Source: Blepharisma stoltei ATCC 30299
Lineage: Eukaryota; Protista; Ciliophora
Reading direction: 5' to 3'
DNA: 64,000 nucleotides
Assembly (NCBI GenBank): GCA_965603825.1
Contig: CBFDEM010000004.1
Coordinates: forward strand, 930,001 to 994,000
The position numbers and the translations under genes were made by a program. The notes beneath the pieces were generated by a model that saw only the letters and a program-made list of their open reading frames with translations, was not told the DNA's origin and did not search any database. Of this stretch, positions 61,431 to 64,000 are shown piece after piece (position 1 is the stretch's first letter; the number at the start of each line of letters is the position of its first letter).

Positions 61431-62012
61431 CTACTCAGAAGTCCGAGATAATAACGCACTGAAATTCTCATAAAGGTCTCTGTTTTCCCTTCCAAATATT
61501 GTGCTAACTTCACTCAGCAGTTGTTCTCTCCCTACAAATTTATCATTAAATTGTTTTACATATGACAATAATTTTGAAAAATTTTCATATGAAAGCCTTG
61601 ATTTTGATTCTGCAAAAAATCGTTTTCCATCAATAAGTCTATCACGTGGGGTTAATGAACTGAAATTTAGCAGTGGGCTTTGTGGAACGCTTGGAGTAAA
61701 ATCAAGTGATGGCCTATCTTCTTGATCTTGAATTGAATTCAACAGATTTGCTTTGAATTGCTCAAGTTTTTTGTTTTCTGATGCGGCTGAGTTATATCTG
61801 GATTTTAGTTGAGCGTTTTCTATTACAAGCTCGTTAATATTTTTGTTGATATTTTCTAGCTCTTTGGTTAATTTGCTGATTTCTAGATTTAGCGTAAATG
61901 CTTCTTGCTCTTTGAGGGAGTGTTGCTCTTCTTCTCGTTCTTTTCAGGCTTCAAGAAATAAATGAAGAGCGGCATCTTTTTTGGCTGATTGTTTTTTACC
62001 TTCTGTGCTCAT
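61431..62012 (-). CDS. At4g15545-like coiled-coil protein with PAH-like C-terminal domain, 193 aa
   Basis: DGKRFF...KSRLSYENFSKLL..VK.FN....IFG.EN.DLY.NF..LL; extended to ATG 62012 through one TGA=Trp. Confidence 0.8.
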
Positions 62013-62396
62013 AATAATTTAAATTAGCTTGAGATGGAATTTTATGATTAAGTAAATGGCATCTGGAAAGTTTTAGATTTAGCATCGAAGAATTGGCTTG
62101 ATTGGAATGATTATAACTGTATTAGTGAAGTTTTTTGGGATTAATTATTTATTTCTACTAAAATGCGATCTAGATTTGAAATAAAAGTTATATGCCCTTA
62201 TATAAATATGCATATTATGAATATCTTAAGTAGCAGAATTAGGCTTCCGTTCATTTGGCAGGATTTAAGTCCTAGGTTTACCATTAAAATCTAATAGCAA
62301 TCTAAAGCTTAAATTATTTAAAAATCTTATTAATACTACTATATTTAAAAGATGATTATCTTATCCATATTTAAATTCATTTAAATTTCATATAAA

Positions 62397-64000
62397 ATGG
62401 ACACACCAAACAGAATCTTCAAATGAACCGTAATTTCTAGTCAGACAATATTACTTGACGGAGAAGTCGAAGATTTTCCATTACTTTGCAGGCTTGATTT
62501 GCCTAATCAAGACGTCATAAAAGTCGATTCCGAAAGGACAAGAATGCGGCTTATTAATAAACAAGAAAAAGATCTTATTGAACTTCTGTTGACATATTTT
62601 TGTAAAGAAACAAATATTAACTACAAGCAAGGCATGAATGAAGTCTTAGCCCCGTTTTTATTATTTTTCAGAGACGGACTAAGCCTAAGTAAGGTGTATC
62701 GGCTTTATCATAATTTTGTCGCAAAATTTTTGGAAAATATGTTTTCCGACGACGAATTTGTCATATTGGAGTCTTATTTTGTGTTATTTAAGCTGCTATT
62801 GAGATATTATGACCCAGAGCTTGGACTATTTTTAGATGATAATAAAATAGGGCCTGAACTTTATGCAACTCCTTGGTTTATTACTCTTTTTGCAAGTAAA
62901 ATTGCAGATGTAGAAGTACTATATGAACTATGGGAGAAGTATATGAATGAGAATGATAAGCTATTTTTCCTTTTTGTCGCCCTTGCTTTGATGATAAAAT
63001 CTCGAAATTCAATATTAAGATCTGACCCCTCACTTGTGTGCCAACACTTAACAGAGCTTACATTTAAAAACCTAGAAGTAATAGAATATGTGCTTGAGCT
63101 GTCGAAAAACCTTAAGAAAAATTTACCTTATTCTTTATATATTTCTTTATATAAACCAAGCAACCTTAGCATAGACGCATTTATAGCCCAGCAATATTCA
63201 AAATTTTGTTTAAAACTTAGCCCTAGGGAACTTATATTAAAATGCTACCCATTATCCTCAGCTTGCCTTTGTTCAGGTAAATGCCTTTGGTGCTCAAAAT
63301 CTAAAAGTGAAAACCGTTTGTTGATTTTTGACTGTAGAAAAGCAGATGAACAAAGGTACGGAGTCATTCCAAACACGATATCTTTGAATACGCAATTCTT
63401 TTATGATATGGAAAGCTTGAGGGATTTTCCTGATAGATATTTGCCGTTTAAAGGAAAAGTCCACATTGTTCTATTAGGAAACGAAGATTTGAAATTTAAA
63501 GAATATAGAAATAAGGGTAGCCTAAAAGGAGAGGTATATGATCTAAAAAATATCGAGGAAAATACCGAAGATAAATTTATATTGAGCTTGTATATAGCAT
63601 TTTCTGAAAAGAAATTCCCATATGTCAGTGTAGTTGACGGTGGATTTTATGCTTGTCATAATTTAATTGTAAAACAAGGCTTGAAACTTATAAATCATGG
63701 ACCTGACACATGTATATATTGCAACCCAAAGCTCCAAGATCTCCCTAAAGAGCCTCCAAACATAATAAGCGGCCTAAAAAACGTTTTTTCCAGCGTCAAA
63801 AAATATTTTAAAAAGCTCGGTTCCGATAAGAACCCTAAAACTACTCCTGGCCCATCAACAGTTATTGTAAAAAAAAATCTAGAAAAGTGAAAAAGTGACG
63901 ACAGTGTCTGCTTTTTTATATGTAAACAATACGAAAATCCTAAAAATCTTGAAAACGCTGAAAACTGCATCATAATTATCACGAGATCCAAATTTTTGGT
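62397..64000 (+). CDS. TBC (Rab-GAP) plus rhodanese-like protein, TBC1D23-like; runs off the window end
   Basis: VIKVDSERTR; YKQGMNEVLAPF; YATPWFITLF; FDCR..G.IP; FPYVSVVDGGF. TGA=Trp at 62424 and 63888; frame open to 64000. Confidence 0.85.

Noticed and set aside
11738-63890. Many split ORFs suggesting pseudogenes, frameshifts or selenoproteins
   Set aside because: Every break is a TGA in an otherwise continuous frame (at a conserved Trp wherever a family motif can be checked) or a 15/16-nt GT-AG intron. No TGA aligns with a catalytic Cys.

Overview
AT-rich, gene-dense eukaryotic DNA, not prokaryotic. Two features point to a heterotrich ciliate macronuclear-type genome of the Blepharisma kind. 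(1) TGA is read as Trp, and every reconstructed gene ends in TAA or TAG. (2) Genes carry tiny 15-16 nt GT-AG introns with an invariant A six nt from the 3' end. The supplied ORF track uses the wrong code and ignores introns, so it fragments or misses many genes. Re-reading by hand gives about 40 protein-coding genes and 16 tiny introns. They include a triple calcyphosin, VSR, ZNRD2, a RING-PHD protein, DBT, USP12/46, an SK-type K+ channel, PHB1, ZCCHC10, CWC25, an RCC1-repeat protein, a ~3035-aa VPS13, YAK1, a CRT10-like WD40, an R2R3-type Myb and a TBC1D23-like gene. Most notable: a tandem pair of bacterial-chemoreceptor-like TM-dCache_1-TM proteins with an amino-acid-binding motif and an unknown cytoplasmic domain; an F-box fused to cullin N-terminal repeats; a Pol III-type tRNA-like gene with a 5-nt anticodon loop; and a sub-kilobase oscillation of G/C strand skew. 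Family calls are from motif recognition by eye; no database searches were run.
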